Assembly: GCF_001447785.1 (NCBI RefSeq) | Contig: NW_015169198.1 | Span: forward strand, 359,130-417,243 | Reading direction: 5' to 3' | Length of the DNA stretch: 58,114 nt | DNA from: Gekko japonicus | Taxonomy: Eukaryota | Part shown: one piece after another, positions 11,778 to 23,957 of the stretch | Position numbering within the stretch: the stretch's first letter is position 1 | Layout: each line of letters starts with the position of its first letter | Notes under the pieces: generated by a model | What the model was told of the DNA's origin: nothing | What the model saw: the letters and a program-made list of their open reading frames with translations, nothing else | Databases searched by the model: none | Translations under genes and position numbers: made by a program

Positions 11778-13190
11778 TCTGTTTATGAGCCAAGGAAAGT
11801 GGTAGCTCTTGGAGAAAACAAAAAGATAGTAGCTGTTTAGTGTGGAATGGTAGAAGGAGCAGAGGCATTGCCGGTCATTCTACATGGATTAACAACCGGA
11901 CTAACAGATATAGGTTTCGATCCATAGCAGCATTTCTCTTCAGGACAGGCAACATATGATTTTCTTTCTCCCTTTATTTTGCTCTTAAACTCCCTATCCG
12001 CACCTCAGTTAGGCATTAATGTTACAAGGACTCTGTTACAATACTGGTATGTTGTTTTATGCATTTTGCTTTCCTTTGCATCTTATTTTCTCTCTTTGTA
12101 TCTTGATAGGGTAATAAAGATTTTCTGATTTGAGATTATTTCTCTCTGCCTCATGTTTCTAAATATATTGTGCCAGAAAGGCATTGTGTATACAATAGAA
12201 TGGTACTGTCCCCAAATAATTACCCCTGAATACTGTAGGGTTTTACACATGCAGAGTATACTGTGCACGTGACAGGCCTGACATGGAGACCAATTTGGGT
12301 AAGAGCACATGCACACAAACAAATAAGAAATTATAGTATCAAATAAGAATGCTTGTGTATTGTAATACACTAGGAATTGTATGGTGATGGTGAAACCTCT
12401 GGTGGTGATTGTCTAAGCTGATCCACTATCATAGATACGTAGTGAAGACAGAACAGGCTTGGCTGCCATTAGCTGAGCTACTTACAACCTAACTAGCTAT
12501 GATATTGGGACATCCATGAGCATATTGTCCCAGCAATCTGCAAGGTGAACACCAATGGAATTCAGTTAAGATGAAAGCAGAGGATGTTTAGTCTTTCTCT
12601 ACTCACATGTTTTAACAAATAAAAAACCCTGTGCTTGTATTACCCCTGAGTGAGAAAAAAACGACAGGCAAAGACCGGAACAATATAGTCTTCCCTTGGG
12701 AATGAAGAACTGGAAGCCTTAGAAAGGAGTAGGATGGTATCTAGAATGGATCCAGATACTGCAGCTGCTTTCAAAGCATATGATGGTTAGAGTGGAGGTA
12801 TAGGGACATGGGTACAAATCCCTGCTTGCTAGTCATGAGCCAGTCATTTTCTTTTACTCTTACCTATCTCTCTTACCCTTACCTGTGACAGAAAATTGAA
12901 GAAATAAAATGGAGAAAGAATATTACCCTTTTTTTTTGGAGGGTGGGTGGGATAATAATACACTAAAAGCATATATAAACTGTGACCTCTTTTCTTGGAG
13001 GAACTTAGAGCACTACTTTTAAGTTATAAAAGCTCACTTAGCTTGAGATGGAATGAGGCTAAGAAACAGGACAATGATGAGCTTCATGACTGTACAGAGA
13101 TCTGAATCTGGCACCCGTACATATCCATATGCAATACATACCCAGACTGTTTTGCAGCACTAGCCATGGTAAACCAGCATTATTATATTA

Positions 13191-13560
13191 CTAGGAAGAA
13201 GGCCCGTTGTGGAAATGGAGACAAGGAGCTCTAGAAACAGGCTATGGGCAAGTGGCCCTGGCTTGAGGAGTCTTTTTAGCATCAGTTTGCCAGGCGTGCC
13301 CCGAGGCCGGCCTGGGAGGAGATTCATGTTGCCCGCAGAGGAGCTTTGGTGGCATCCTGCTCATGTTCCTCCCCCCTGGAAGCGGCGCTATGCAAAGCAG
13401 GAGTGTGGGTGGCCGAGGAAAGGGAAGCAGTAGCCGGGACGGGGACAAGAGCTCTGTGCGGGCGCTGCTCCGTGCAAGGTGTGTATGTGGCTGCGAGACT
13501 GTGCTCCAGCAGTGGGTGAGGGACAGGCAGGTCATCTGGGTGACAAAAGGGGCCTCCCGG
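13191..13560 (-). mobile_element. Non-autonomous Helitron-like fragment (3' terminus)
   Basis: On the minus strand, a subterminal imperfect hairpin (GCCCGTTGT...ACAAGGAGC on +) followed by CTAG|T. GC-rich body. Confidence 0.55.
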
Positions 13561-13727
13561 CTGTCCTTGAAAAAGAGCAGTTTTTGTCAAGAGCTCTCTC
13601 AGCCCCACCTACCTCACGAGGTGTTTGTTGTGGGGAGGGGAAGGGAAAGGAGTTTGTAAGCCACTCTGAGACACCTTTGGGTAGTGAAGGGCGGGGTATA
13701 AATCCAATCTCTTCTTCTTCTTCTTCA
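13560..13727 (+). mobile_element. Squam3-like SINE, 3' half
   Basis: CTGTCCTTGAAAAAGAGCAG...GGGCGGGGTATAAATCCAATC(TCT)n. Confidence 0.85.
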
Positions 13728-14486
13728 GTGCAAGAAAACTTGTCCTAGCATCCACTTAACTTGAAGAACAGGTGCACAAGGAAGAGGTGGACTGACAAGG
13801 CAAGGGCACTTGGTGGCACAAGGAGGATAAGGCATCTGGCCAGACATACAGCAGCAGCAGGAAGACCTTAAGGTAGATTTGTTTGGATGGGGAATAAGGT
13901 TTGGAGAGTGGCAGGAAAGCAGAGAGCAAAGACTGCAAGAGGAAATTTAGCACAGCAGGACATGCATTGGGAGTAAAGAAGAAGGCAAATTTCCCCACCA
14001 TATCATACTGGATTGGAACACAAATGCATATGATTGTAGAGGCTATAATTTGCAGCCACTCAAAGGAACCAGAGCCTCTCTCTTTCCCATCCCCCTAAGT
14101 AACACAGCTCTTTCTATGTCCTTAGTAGGGAAATGCTAGGTTCCTTATGAAAGTGAAAGCAGTAGACTCAGGCAGAAACAACACTGCAATAATAAAAGAA
14201 ACTAAAAGAAAGCTGAAAGAAAATCATTCTTTTTCATTATAGGCTGTTTAGAAGGGGTATTTGTTTTATTTTCATATTCATTGTAGTGTTTACAATACCT
14301 CCAATTTTCATAATTATTGTAATTAATAACAAAAGAAACATACAAGTCTATTCCATAATTAAATCAATGCCAAATATAAGGTCTCACAAGTAAGAAACAC
14401 ATTTTTGTGTGTGTTCGTGCATGACATACAAGATGATGGGTTGGATAATGCAATCCACTGGCATAAGGACTTCAGGATTTCCTCCG

Positions 14487-16490
14487 TTTACTTTATTTTT
14501 TTTGCAGAATTTATGTCCCACCTTCCTGCCCTCACAAGGGCCACCAAGGTAGTTAACAAATTAAAATATATACATAGTCAAACCACATTTTAAAAGTATT
14601 AAACCCAACCCTAAACAACAATACACCATTAAAACAATTGAAACCAGAGCAAAAATACATACAGAGAAATAAAAACAATTAAAACATTGGGCAGGAATGA
14701 TGGATCAATAAAAGAATGCCAAATGAAGCAAAAAAAAAAAAAGGCTTCATCCACTGGTGGAAGATTGCAACAGAAGGGGTCAGGCAAATCTCACTGGGAA
14801 GAGAGTTCTGGAATTTGGTACTCTGACTGAGAGGGCTCTCTTTCTGGTTGCTATCCACCTAATCTCAGAAGGCCAGGACACCCAAAGCAGGTCCTCCAAA
14901 GATTACCATAGTGGTTGGCTACATTCATAAGGGAGTAGGTGGTCTTTCAAGTACATGTAGAGCTTTAAAGGTTAGCACCAGCACCTTGAATTGTGCCTGG
15001 AAACAAACTGAGAGCCACTGTAGATGGCTTGAGTGATATTGTCCTGATAACCCACTTCAGTCTGTAAGAAATGAATTGAAAGTATTTTAAAATTGTATTG
15101 CTGGAAATCAATATTCAAGGCTTAATAAGAAGCTGAGCTAAGAGCAGTTAGAAATGGGGAAGTCAGACACATAGCAGCAGCCAGCTTGCACAAACATCTC
15201 CACTCAGTAGAAACAGAAGACCTTGCAAAACGCTACATCTAGCAGAAAGCAGAAGTGGCATGCGGCAGAAATATTTCACAAACATTAAGGATTTTTTACT
15301 TTAAAACTTATAATAAACTTGCCTTCAGTTAGAGGGACGTTTGCTGTGTATTGAAATTAAGAGTGTATGGCTTGAGAATAGATGCTGAAACTGGCTTAAT
15401 TAGAAAGCAGAAGTGTGGCCAAGACAACTGTCAACTGCCTTGAAGATCCTGCAATCTGAGTAGTGAGAAAAAGCTACCTAGCTATCCAAGGGAAGTGATT
15501 AACCATTGAATAGTCATAGATTAAAACCATGCAATGAAATTATTGTGCTAACTCTCTCTGTCTCTCTCTCTATATATATATATTTATCCTTAAATATATG
15601 AAGAAACTAAGCTGCCAACTGTTGAGCAGATCCAGTGGAATAAAAAACAGTTGAGTAGTTGAAACATAACATAGGCAGAAGCTTTGCAAAGGAATTATTA
15701 TGTTTAATCTTGCATATTTTTATATATTCTTAGTGTATATGCTGACCAGTCTAAAATGAAGAACTTGACATTTGACTCTGATAAACAAGATGATGGCCCA
15801 AGACAGGCCTGCTGAAATAGGACATCTGCAACATTCCCTGTTTTACGAGAAGACCTGTCTCAAGATACTTGTGGTGGGCTGTTGTGGGTTATGAAGAAAG
15901 GTTAGGAACGAGTAGAGAAAGTTAATACCATGTTTGGCATAAAGGAATTATGCCCTTTTTGGGGAAGTAGTGGGCTTGTCTAAATAAAAAGCAGAAGTGA
16001 TTAGGCGGTCGGTGATTGGAAGTTGTAACTCCTGACTCTCAGTTCTGGGAGGTGGAGAGGGCGTTTCTTATTTTCCATACCACTCCGGGACAGGATAAAT
16101 ATCTGCCACAGAACCCAATTCAGTGTGTGTTCTCAGGACTCTCTGGGTAGCACACCCGGCTTGCAAGCTGCATATATCAATAAAATCTGCTTCACTGAAG
16201 GAAAGTCTGTCTCCAGAAATTACTTATTGGTAAGAGAAAATTTCATTTACCACAAGTCAATGTCCTAGCAGCAGCATTCTGAACCAATTTGAAGTTTCTG
16301 AACACTTTTCAAGGGCACTGTCACACACAACACATGCAGTAATATACTTCATACAGCAACCAGGGTATGCACCACATTGGCCAATTCTTTTCTGCCCAAG
16401 AATGGACACAGCTGGCTAAACAGTAGAACCTGGTAAAAGGCACTCCTGGCCACAGTTGTCACCTGCTTATCCAGCAGTAGGCATGGGTCT
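14487..16490 (-). mobile_element. L2-clade LINE 3' portion, interrupted by a solo LTR
   Basis: L2-type 3' sequence (GCTTTAAAGGTTAGCACCAGCACCTTGAATTG; GCAGCATTCTGAACCAATTTGAAG) is continuous across the LTR. Confidence 0.75.
15063..16254 (+). mobile_element. Solo LTR (about 1.19 kb)
   Basis: TGTAAG...TTACCACA ends. 4-bp TSD AGTC at 15059-15062 and 16255-16258. AATAAA near 16179. Confidence 0.85.
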
Positions 16491-17381
16491 ATCCTCCCCT
16501 CCCCCTAGGTCAAGGGACTTGCATTTACTACTAGCAGCATCAGTTGCATGGCTGCATTGGGGACGGGAGTGAAGTCTCTCCTTTCTCTTCTGTAATTGCA
16601 CTGCCTAGGTTTTGGGCCTAGTTTTGGAAGTCTCTGTCATTTGATCTAAATCCAGGTGTTTGTGTAAGAAATATATGACTCTCTGGCTAGTGATCCAGCT
16701 TGCTATAAACAATTCTGTCCCTGGTCAGAAAATTTTCTACGGTTCCAAAATTACATTCTTGCTAACATTCTCAGTTCTGTGATGAAAGAATCTAATTCTT
16801 CTTCTCACTGGGGTGTTATAAATAAGTTATAAACAACCCATTGTCACTGTAATTTAGGTTTCAGTGATGCTGAAAAGTTGAACTAGTACTGCGTTTCAGC
16901 TTATTGCCTAGCACTCTCCACCAGGTAGATGACAAGCCGCTTGCCACTAGGGACCCCACAAGCCAGCCGCTTTCACCCTAATACCTCTCCCAAAGAGGTG
17001 AGAAAAGATGACACATGTACCTCAGATTCTCAGCAGGGAGGAAGAGCTGTACCTCTGAGCAGCTTCCTAGCTGTGGTAGCTGATGCAGGGCTGGGTGGCT
17101 AACAGACCAGCCAGGAGCAGTGAGTCACCTGGTGGTCGCCTGGACAATGACCACCCCTCAGTGCTGGCTGGAGCTCTTGCTGAACACGTTCTCCCTATTA
17201 CCCAAGCAACGGTGCTCTTGCAGGTCCTTAAGACTTTGTGAGACTGGTCAATAGGATGGGGGAGCAGTGCCTGAGAGGAGGTTGTAATGCATATTGATGA
17301 CATCCCCCCCCCATGTTCTTCCTGTCACTAATTCTAGCAGTGGCAGGGGGATGAGAGGGGGTGGTAGAGGAAAGTGTCCAC

Positions 17382-17587
17382 CAATGTTCCCTCTAAGCTG
17401 TGGAGTCTTGTGAGCAAAAATTTTACTTTGTGAGCGACTGGCATTAAAATTGTGAGCGAGCGATTCGGCTACTGCATAAATCAGTTGGTTCTGGAGCTAT
17501 CTTTCCTGAGCTAAGACAGAAATGTGTGAGCTGGAGGCTAAAAAATTGTGAGCTAGCTCACACTAACTCAGCTTAGAGGGAACACTG
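17382..17587. mobile_element. hAT MITE (TIR CA(A/G)TGTTCCCTCTAAGCTG), copy A
   Basis: 19-bp TIR. Perfect 8-bp TSD GTGTCCAC. Confidence 0.92.
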
Positions 17588-17628
17588 GTGTCCACCATAG
17601 AAAGCAAATTGGCAACCCTAGTTGTAGC

Positions 17629-17834
17629 CAATGTTCCCTCTAAGCTGTGGAGTCTTGTGAGCAAAAATTCTACTTTGTGAGCTGCTGGCATTAAAGTTGC
17701 AAGCAAGCGATTTGGCTACTACATAAATTAGTTTGTTCTGGAGCCCTCCTTCCTGAGCTAAGACCAAAATTTGTGAGCTGGAGGCTAAAAAACTGTGAGC
17801 TGGCTCACACTAACTCAGCTTAGAGGGACCACTG
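17629..17834. mobile_element. hAT MITE, same family, copy B
   Basis: Same TIR. Perfect 8-bp TSD GTTGTAGC. A further partial copy lies at 29259-29322. Confidence 0.92.
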
Positions 17835-18179
17835 GTTGTAGCCTAGCTTGAGTTTATGTTGAAAATACCCCAAGGTTAGGAATGTTGTGGCACTATCACT
17901 ACTTGGACCTAGGAGTGAGTTGGGAGTTCCATATGGTTTTATATTTTCTATACATTTATGACAGTAAAGGATAAATCTAACATCCTGACGATTGATTTCA
18001 AAGTTTTCCATGATAGGCTGCTTCTTGTGAAAACCTCTCCAGTGACTTTTAGAGAAGAACCATTGCTACCATGTTTCAATATGATAAAGTAGTTGCAGAC
18101 TTCAGATTAGTGGAAAGATCATTTATTATGTTCTACAGGTGTCCTTTTGCACTTCTGTCTGTGGCATACTGTAGGTAGG

Positions 18180-18423
18180 AAGTTGGTTAGAGTGGGGTGG
18201 TTAGAGTGGGGAAAATCTGGGAGACCCTGTTTTGAATCCCCACTCTGCCACGGAAGCTCGCTGGGTGACCTTGGGCCCGTCACACACTCTTAGCCTAACT
18301 TGTCCCTCAGGGTAGTTGTGAGGATAAAACAGAGGAGAAGAGAATGCTGTAAGTCATTTTGGGTCCCCACTGGGGAGAAAGTTAGGGTATAAATGAAGTA
18401 AATAAATAAATAAACAAATAAAT
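18180..18423 (+). mobile_element. Older Squam3-like SINE
   Basis: Decayed tRNA head, CTGGGTGACCTTGGGC core, (TAAA)n tail. Confidence 0.75.
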
Positions 18424-19004
18424 ATGTGGCTCCTCCCTGAGAGTTCCTGCCTGAGATGTTCTGGTCCTTCCCCTGAACTGCTTGCCCTTTTGGGACCTGA
18501 GTACTTATACCTACTTACTTTTCATATCACAAGAGGCTATTGACTTGGGCCTTGGCTTATTTTGACAGGAAGAAGTTAGAACACTTCCCAGAGAAAGGGG
18601 AATATTTATACAGTTTGCATTCCAGTTCCTTGTTGCTTGGCATTTTAATAAATGTGTGAATATTAAATGAATTAAAATATTTGTAAATTATTGTCTTTTT
18701 AATTTATTACAGAATACTCACTGCACTTATGAGATGGCTTCCTTGCTGAGCACATCATAATACTGCTACAGTGCCTATTAATTTTTACAGCTAAAATTTG
18801 GTTATCATCAAGAAAAGCAAAAGTTAAAAATAAAACACAAAAAGGCAGTTGTTATAATTAATGGGAGCAGTAGCAAAGCACATAGAATTAATGAGAAAGA
18901 TTACCTTTTTTAGTGCTCATATAAACTGCGAGATTGAAGGGATGTGCAAAATGAATAATGCATTTGCATAAATATCCACCAAATGATTATGCATTTGCTG
19001 ATTT

Positions 19005-19055
19005 ATGTAAGGCACTCAGATGCTATGGTGATGAGCAAAGTATAAATAAAATAGA
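19005..19055 (+). mobile_element. Ancient MIR/L2-type 3' tail fragment
   Basis: TGTAAGGCACTCAGATGCTATGGTGATGAG...TATAAATAAAATAG resembles amniote MIR-type tails. Confidence 0.5.
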
Positions 19056-20257
19056 AAGGTGATTGGTAGATAGTCAGCTCAATGAATATCAATTGAAAGT
19101 CAACACTAAATAGAATATCAATTGGAAAAGTGAATGCTGCTGGATACCTAGCTAGGTAAACACTAGAACCCCCCCCCCCCAGCTTCTCAGACTATGTCCC
19201 AGTCATGCCTCTTGACAATTTGTGGAATGGATTAGTAGCTTATAGCTTCCCATTTGTTCTGAAGATGCAAGGCAAAGAGTTCAGATTGCCCTGTGCCAAC
19301 AGGGTATGAAAGCAGACCTGGCAGATACTGCCCATCAGCTGGAGTTACTCACTAGCAGTAACAAATTTCAGAATTATGGTCGTGCTTGCAAGATATAGGA
19401 GAGCTCTCGGGGAAGGCAGGGGTCTGTGCAATAGAGTGCAAGATTAAACTGAAACCTTATATTTTAAATTTAGATCAGTTATACTATGCTATTCACAAAG
19501 GGCTGTTTGGCACATAGACACCCCCGAAATGAAGATGCCAGACACAGGATTTGGAACAAATGAGGACGTGTTAATTAACAGCTGAACTGCACAAGAATGT
19601 ACATTTTGCCTTTCCCTTAGTGCAGGGTTCCCAAAAGGCTTCACAATGGGTTCTTTGCCACTTGGGTAATCCAAGATCAGCCCAGCATACTGGCATGCTT
19701 CAGTGTCCATTGCATGCATGAAAAGATGCACAACAGGGTGCACCACCACCCGCTTATACCAGTCAGTATATGGGCTCAAATTCAATATTTCTTCAAAATG
19801 TCTTTAAAATAATCATTTCTTCAAATATATCAAGAGCAGGAGACAAGCTGGGGGTGGGGTGAGGGATGACAAAGGAGTGAAAACAGGAGATGGAGAGAGA
19901 GGAATGAATTCTTTCTGTTTCCACTGTGAAAAATGAGGAGCATGTAATCAAACCAGAACCATTATTTAGGGGGGAAGTGTCTGAAGAACTGAGTCAAAGC
20001 AAGGGGGGGTGAGCGATGAAATTCTAGGATTACTTAAAAAATAAAAAAGTAACCTAATAAATCTCCAGGTGCAGATGGCACACATCAAGGGTTCTTGACC
20101 AATTAAAATGTTAAACTGTTGCTCTTGTAACCAGTATATTTAGCATGTTGTTAAAATCAGCCTTCATACTGGAGAACTTGGAATTAGCAAATATTACACA
20201 AGTTTTAAAAAGGGGATCCAGAAAAGATTCAGAAAATTTCAAGCCAGCTGTCCTAAC

Positions 20258-20472
20258 TAGGGCTGCCAATTCCCCCCGGGGGGCGGATTTCCCCCCGCTT
20301 TGGAGGCCCGATTTCCGCCCCCGTGGAATCGGGCCCCGGGGGAAACCCCACCCCCGCGTGCACGTCACAGGCAAGTGACGTCATGATGCCGGGCATGCTG
20401 GGGGCGGGGCCACAGCCATTTGAGCCACCCCAGAGTCCCCCGCCGGTGAGGTAAGTCGATTTGGCAACCCTA
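20258..20472. mobile_element. CpG-rich hAT MITE (TAGGG(C/T)TGCCA family)
   Basis: TIR TAGGGCTGCCAA / TTGGCAACCCTA. Perfect TSD GTCCTAAC. Confidence 0.92.
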
Positions 20473-21130
20473 GTCCTAACATCTTTTTTTAAAAGATAGA
20501 ATTATTAAATGTGTAGAGGAACAAAGCTTGCTGTGTTGAGGAAAAATCAGCATGGTCTCTGAAAGAGCCAGTCCTGCCTCACCAACCTTTTGAAGTTCTA
20601 TGAGAGGGTTAACAAGCATCTAGATAAGAGTGATCTGTTAGATATTACACACTTGAACTACCAAAAAGCTTTGATAAGGTACTTGGCCAAAGACTCCTGT
20701 GTAAGCTTAGCAGTCATGGAATAAGAGGACCAGTCCTCTTGTGGAATAAAAATAGATTAAACAAAAGAAGGCAGAGAGAGGGAATAAGTGGACAGTTCTC
20801 ACAGTGGAAGAAAGTATGCAGTGGGGTCCCACAAGGCTCATTACTGGGGCCAGTGCTATTTAACCTATTCTGGAGCTGGGGTGAGCAGTGTAGTGGCCAA
20901 GTCTGCAGGTGACACAAAATTATTCAGGATGGTGAAAACCAAGGCAGAGTGTGGAGAATTAGTTAGTACATGGTGAAGATGTAGTGGATAGCTCAATGAA
21001 AGGGCAACAACATGGCAAATAAACATAAATGTATGTTAGTACAAGGTGAAGATGTAGTGGATAGCTCAATGAAAATATCATTTCAGGTAAATTCCATGCT
21101 GGGATTTATTAGGAAAGGGAATGAAAATAC

Positions 21131-21777
21131 ATTTATTTTTATTTTATTTATACCTTCGGCTTATATACCGCTCTGACCCCGAAGGGTCTCTGGGCAGTTT
21201 ACATAGTGGTTCTAAGTTAACCAACCAATTAACCTGACTAGGGCCACATTGTCTACAGGGTGGTGACTGCCTACCAGCACCCCGGGCTAGTTGTCATCCG
21301 GCTTCCTTCTGTGGCTTCAGATATTGGCATCCTGGTGCCTTTTCTGGAGTCGATCTTCCCCAAGCAGCTTCTTCCAGCAGGTCTTGTCTTGGTGCGTGGC
21401 TCTGTGTTGGCTGCAATTCCGGCTACTGTCCACAGGTGGCTCTGCTGCACTGCGCCGCACGTCATCACACTCTCCAAGGCTCCACTTTCTCCGGGCTCCG
21501 CCTCCGACATTGCTTTATTGGGTCGCCAGAAACTGCTCCGCCGCCATTGTTGCCGCCACCGAACCCTTTACCTCACAAGGAGGAGGGGTGCCCCCTGCCA
21601 CCTAGGGCAGGTACCCACTTTATCTACTTGCATTTATGATGCTTTCGAACCACTGGGTAGACGGGAGCTGGGACGTGGGCCAGGAGCTCACCCCAACCGG
21701 AGTGGGTTTCGAACAGCCATAATGGCTGTTCATTGATGTTACTTTGCAGGCGTTCTTACTGCCTGCCCCACCGCTCC
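21131..21777 (-). mobile_element. Composite SINE copy 2, inserted in CR1
   Basis: Same head and tail blocks as 7118-7848, with a divergent body. Confidence 0.85.
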
Positions 21778-22111
21778 GTATTGTAACAATTCTGTGTACG
21801 TCTATGGTTCAGCCTCCTTTGGAGTAGTTTGTAGAGTTCTATGAGGAAAGGCTAAGTATTCCATCTAGAATTTTTACAGTCTAGAAAAAAGATGGCTAAG
21901 TGAGAACATGACAGAGGTTTGTAAAATTAGACAAGGGGTGGAAAAAGTGGATAGAGACATCTTTTTGTCCCTCTCCCAGAGCACTGGAAACCAGGGGAAC
22001 CAAATGAAAATGGCATGCAATAGATTCAGGATGGAAAAATGAAGAATTTCTTTACTCAATGAGTAATTAAATTGTGGCATTCACTGTCAGTGGATTTAGC
22101 AATGACCATAA

Positions 22112-22730
22112 TGACGGGCTTCTTCTGTGGGCTTGGGGGAAACCCACCAGTGGCTGTGGCGCTTGGCTTCCCTGGGGGGTAGATGACGCTGGGAGTTGGA
22201 GGTGGATTGCAAAAGGGAGCTGCGGAAGGACCTCAGACTGGCAGGGGATGGAGCTAACAGCACCCCTCAAGTCTCTCTGCCTCGTGTGCTGGATACTGTT
22301 CCCTTTCTCTCTTTATCCTTCACCTTCGCAGTTTCGCTCCCTCGCACACTGGTCCTCCCTGGTCTCTCCGAAGAGCTCCTCTTTTATTTTCCCTTTCCAC
22401 TCCCAGCGCTGCCCCTCTTCCCCGCCTCCCTTCCTCCCAACCTGGCCCCGCCCCCTCTTATATACATGGACACTCTCCAGGCGTCCGGGGCATGGTTGCA
22501 AGTGAGACTGGGCATTGTGCCATGCTTGGCCTCAGCTCTCCCTCAGTGGGGCCGGAGCCCTGGCTCCTTGGGTTGGCATGATGCAGCGTTTGCTGTGAGG
22601 GTCTTGCCCTGCCAGCATTGTGACCTCTGTCCGAGCCGCTGGGCATCAGGTTGCTGTGCCATGTCTCTTTCGGGGGCTGCGGTGCATCTCCAGGGGGTGC
22701 GGGGTCCCATCCCAGGACTGGGGAATTGGG
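22112..22730. mobile_element. GC-rich unclassified insertion in the CR1 3' region
   Basis: Splits CR1 between ...GACCATAA and GACAGCTTTCAAAGGG. Minus strand carries TATATAAGAGGGGGCGGGG. No clear TSD. Confidence 0.5.
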
Positions 22731-23047
22731 ACAGCTTTCAAAGGGCATTAGAGAGATTTATGGATAATAACTGGCACTACTAGCCATGATAACCAAAGGG
22801 AACCTCCATATCCAAAGGCAATATTAGGAGAAGGCCTTGGCCTCTGTGCCCTGTTTATTGGCCCTAGGGTTGTCAGCCCAGTGCTGGCACCCAATGAAAG
22901 CTTTTTGGGTGCAGGAATATGTTCATTGGTGTTGCTCTGATGCCACAACATGACTTTCAGTGCAAAGTGGAAGTGATATAATCACACCAGGCAACATTCT
23001 AGGATTCCACCAAAACTCTCTGGTTTTACCATAGTATTTGGTATGTG

Positions 23048-23320
23048 GTTTGGTGTAGTGGTTAAGTGCACGGACTCTAATCTGGGAGAAACAGGTTTGA
23101 TCCCCCACTCCTCCATTTGCACCTGCTGGATGACCTTGGGCAAGCCATAGTTCTGGCACAGCTGTATTTGAAAAAGAGCAGTTTCTGTCAAGAGCTCTCT
23201 CAGCCCCACCTACCTCACAGGGTGTCTGTTGTGGGGAGGGGAAGGGAAAGGAGTTTATAAGCTGCTCTGAGACTCCTTTGGGTAGTGAAGGGTGGGTACA
23301 AATCCAATCTCTTCTTCTTT
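23048..23320 (+). mobile_element. Squam3-like SINE
   Basis: A and B boxes, core and (TCT)n tail. Confidence 0.9.
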
Positions 23321-23380
23321 GGATGGAATACTAAAGCATGGCCCCAATGTGATGGTGTCACTCCTGCGTTCCAGCAGGAC

Positions 23381-23911
23381 TGTCATTACTCAGGTGGGGT
23401 GTCACCTGACGCTGCCACCATTCTGGATTTAGAATCCCTTGAGAAGGCCCAGAGCACCCTCCCAAGACCTTCAGACCTCCCTTTTGGCCGAATAATGGGC
23501 ATGAGGACCAGGGAGAGTACAACAAGGAAAAGGTTTATTTTATAGGAGGTCAAACAACAAGGTGCAGAATAACAATAAGTGGGTGAAAAGAAAAGAAATC
23601 AAATGCCCTAATGCGTCTAAATATATACTGTCCCTAGCTCACTATTCCAAGTGGCACTAGACTACTCACCCTTCCCTCAGGATGAGGGTTTCTTCCTGCA
23701 GCAGCCTTCCTTCTGGCTCTGCCCTCTGGGAAGAAGAACAGCTTTCCTGCTGCTCCAGATCATTTATTCTAAGCCCTCCTCTTTTCCTATTGGTCAATTT
23801 TGGCTCCAAAACCTCTCAGGGGCTTCTGGGAGTTGTAGGCCCAGCTCACCTACTGATAGCCAGGCTCCCTAGGCCTAGTAGGCCTCTGGTGGCACAGCCC
23901 AGATCATGACA
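23381..23911 (-). mobile_element. Solo LTR (531 bp)
   Basis: TGTCAT...ATGACA ends. Perfect 5-bp TSD AGGAC. AATAAA on the minus strand near 23534. Confidence 0.88.
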
Positions 23912-23957
23912 AGGACTCTTCTCACATTCTTGTGACATGAGTGGGAAAGTGCACCAA

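Larger units (their letters stand above)
19965..22862 (+). mobile_element. CR1 LINE 3' portion (RT to 3' UTR), interrupted three times
   Basis: Decayed [45 protein letters not shown] and GDTKLFR motifs. CR1-type 3' UTR. Confidence 0.88.
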
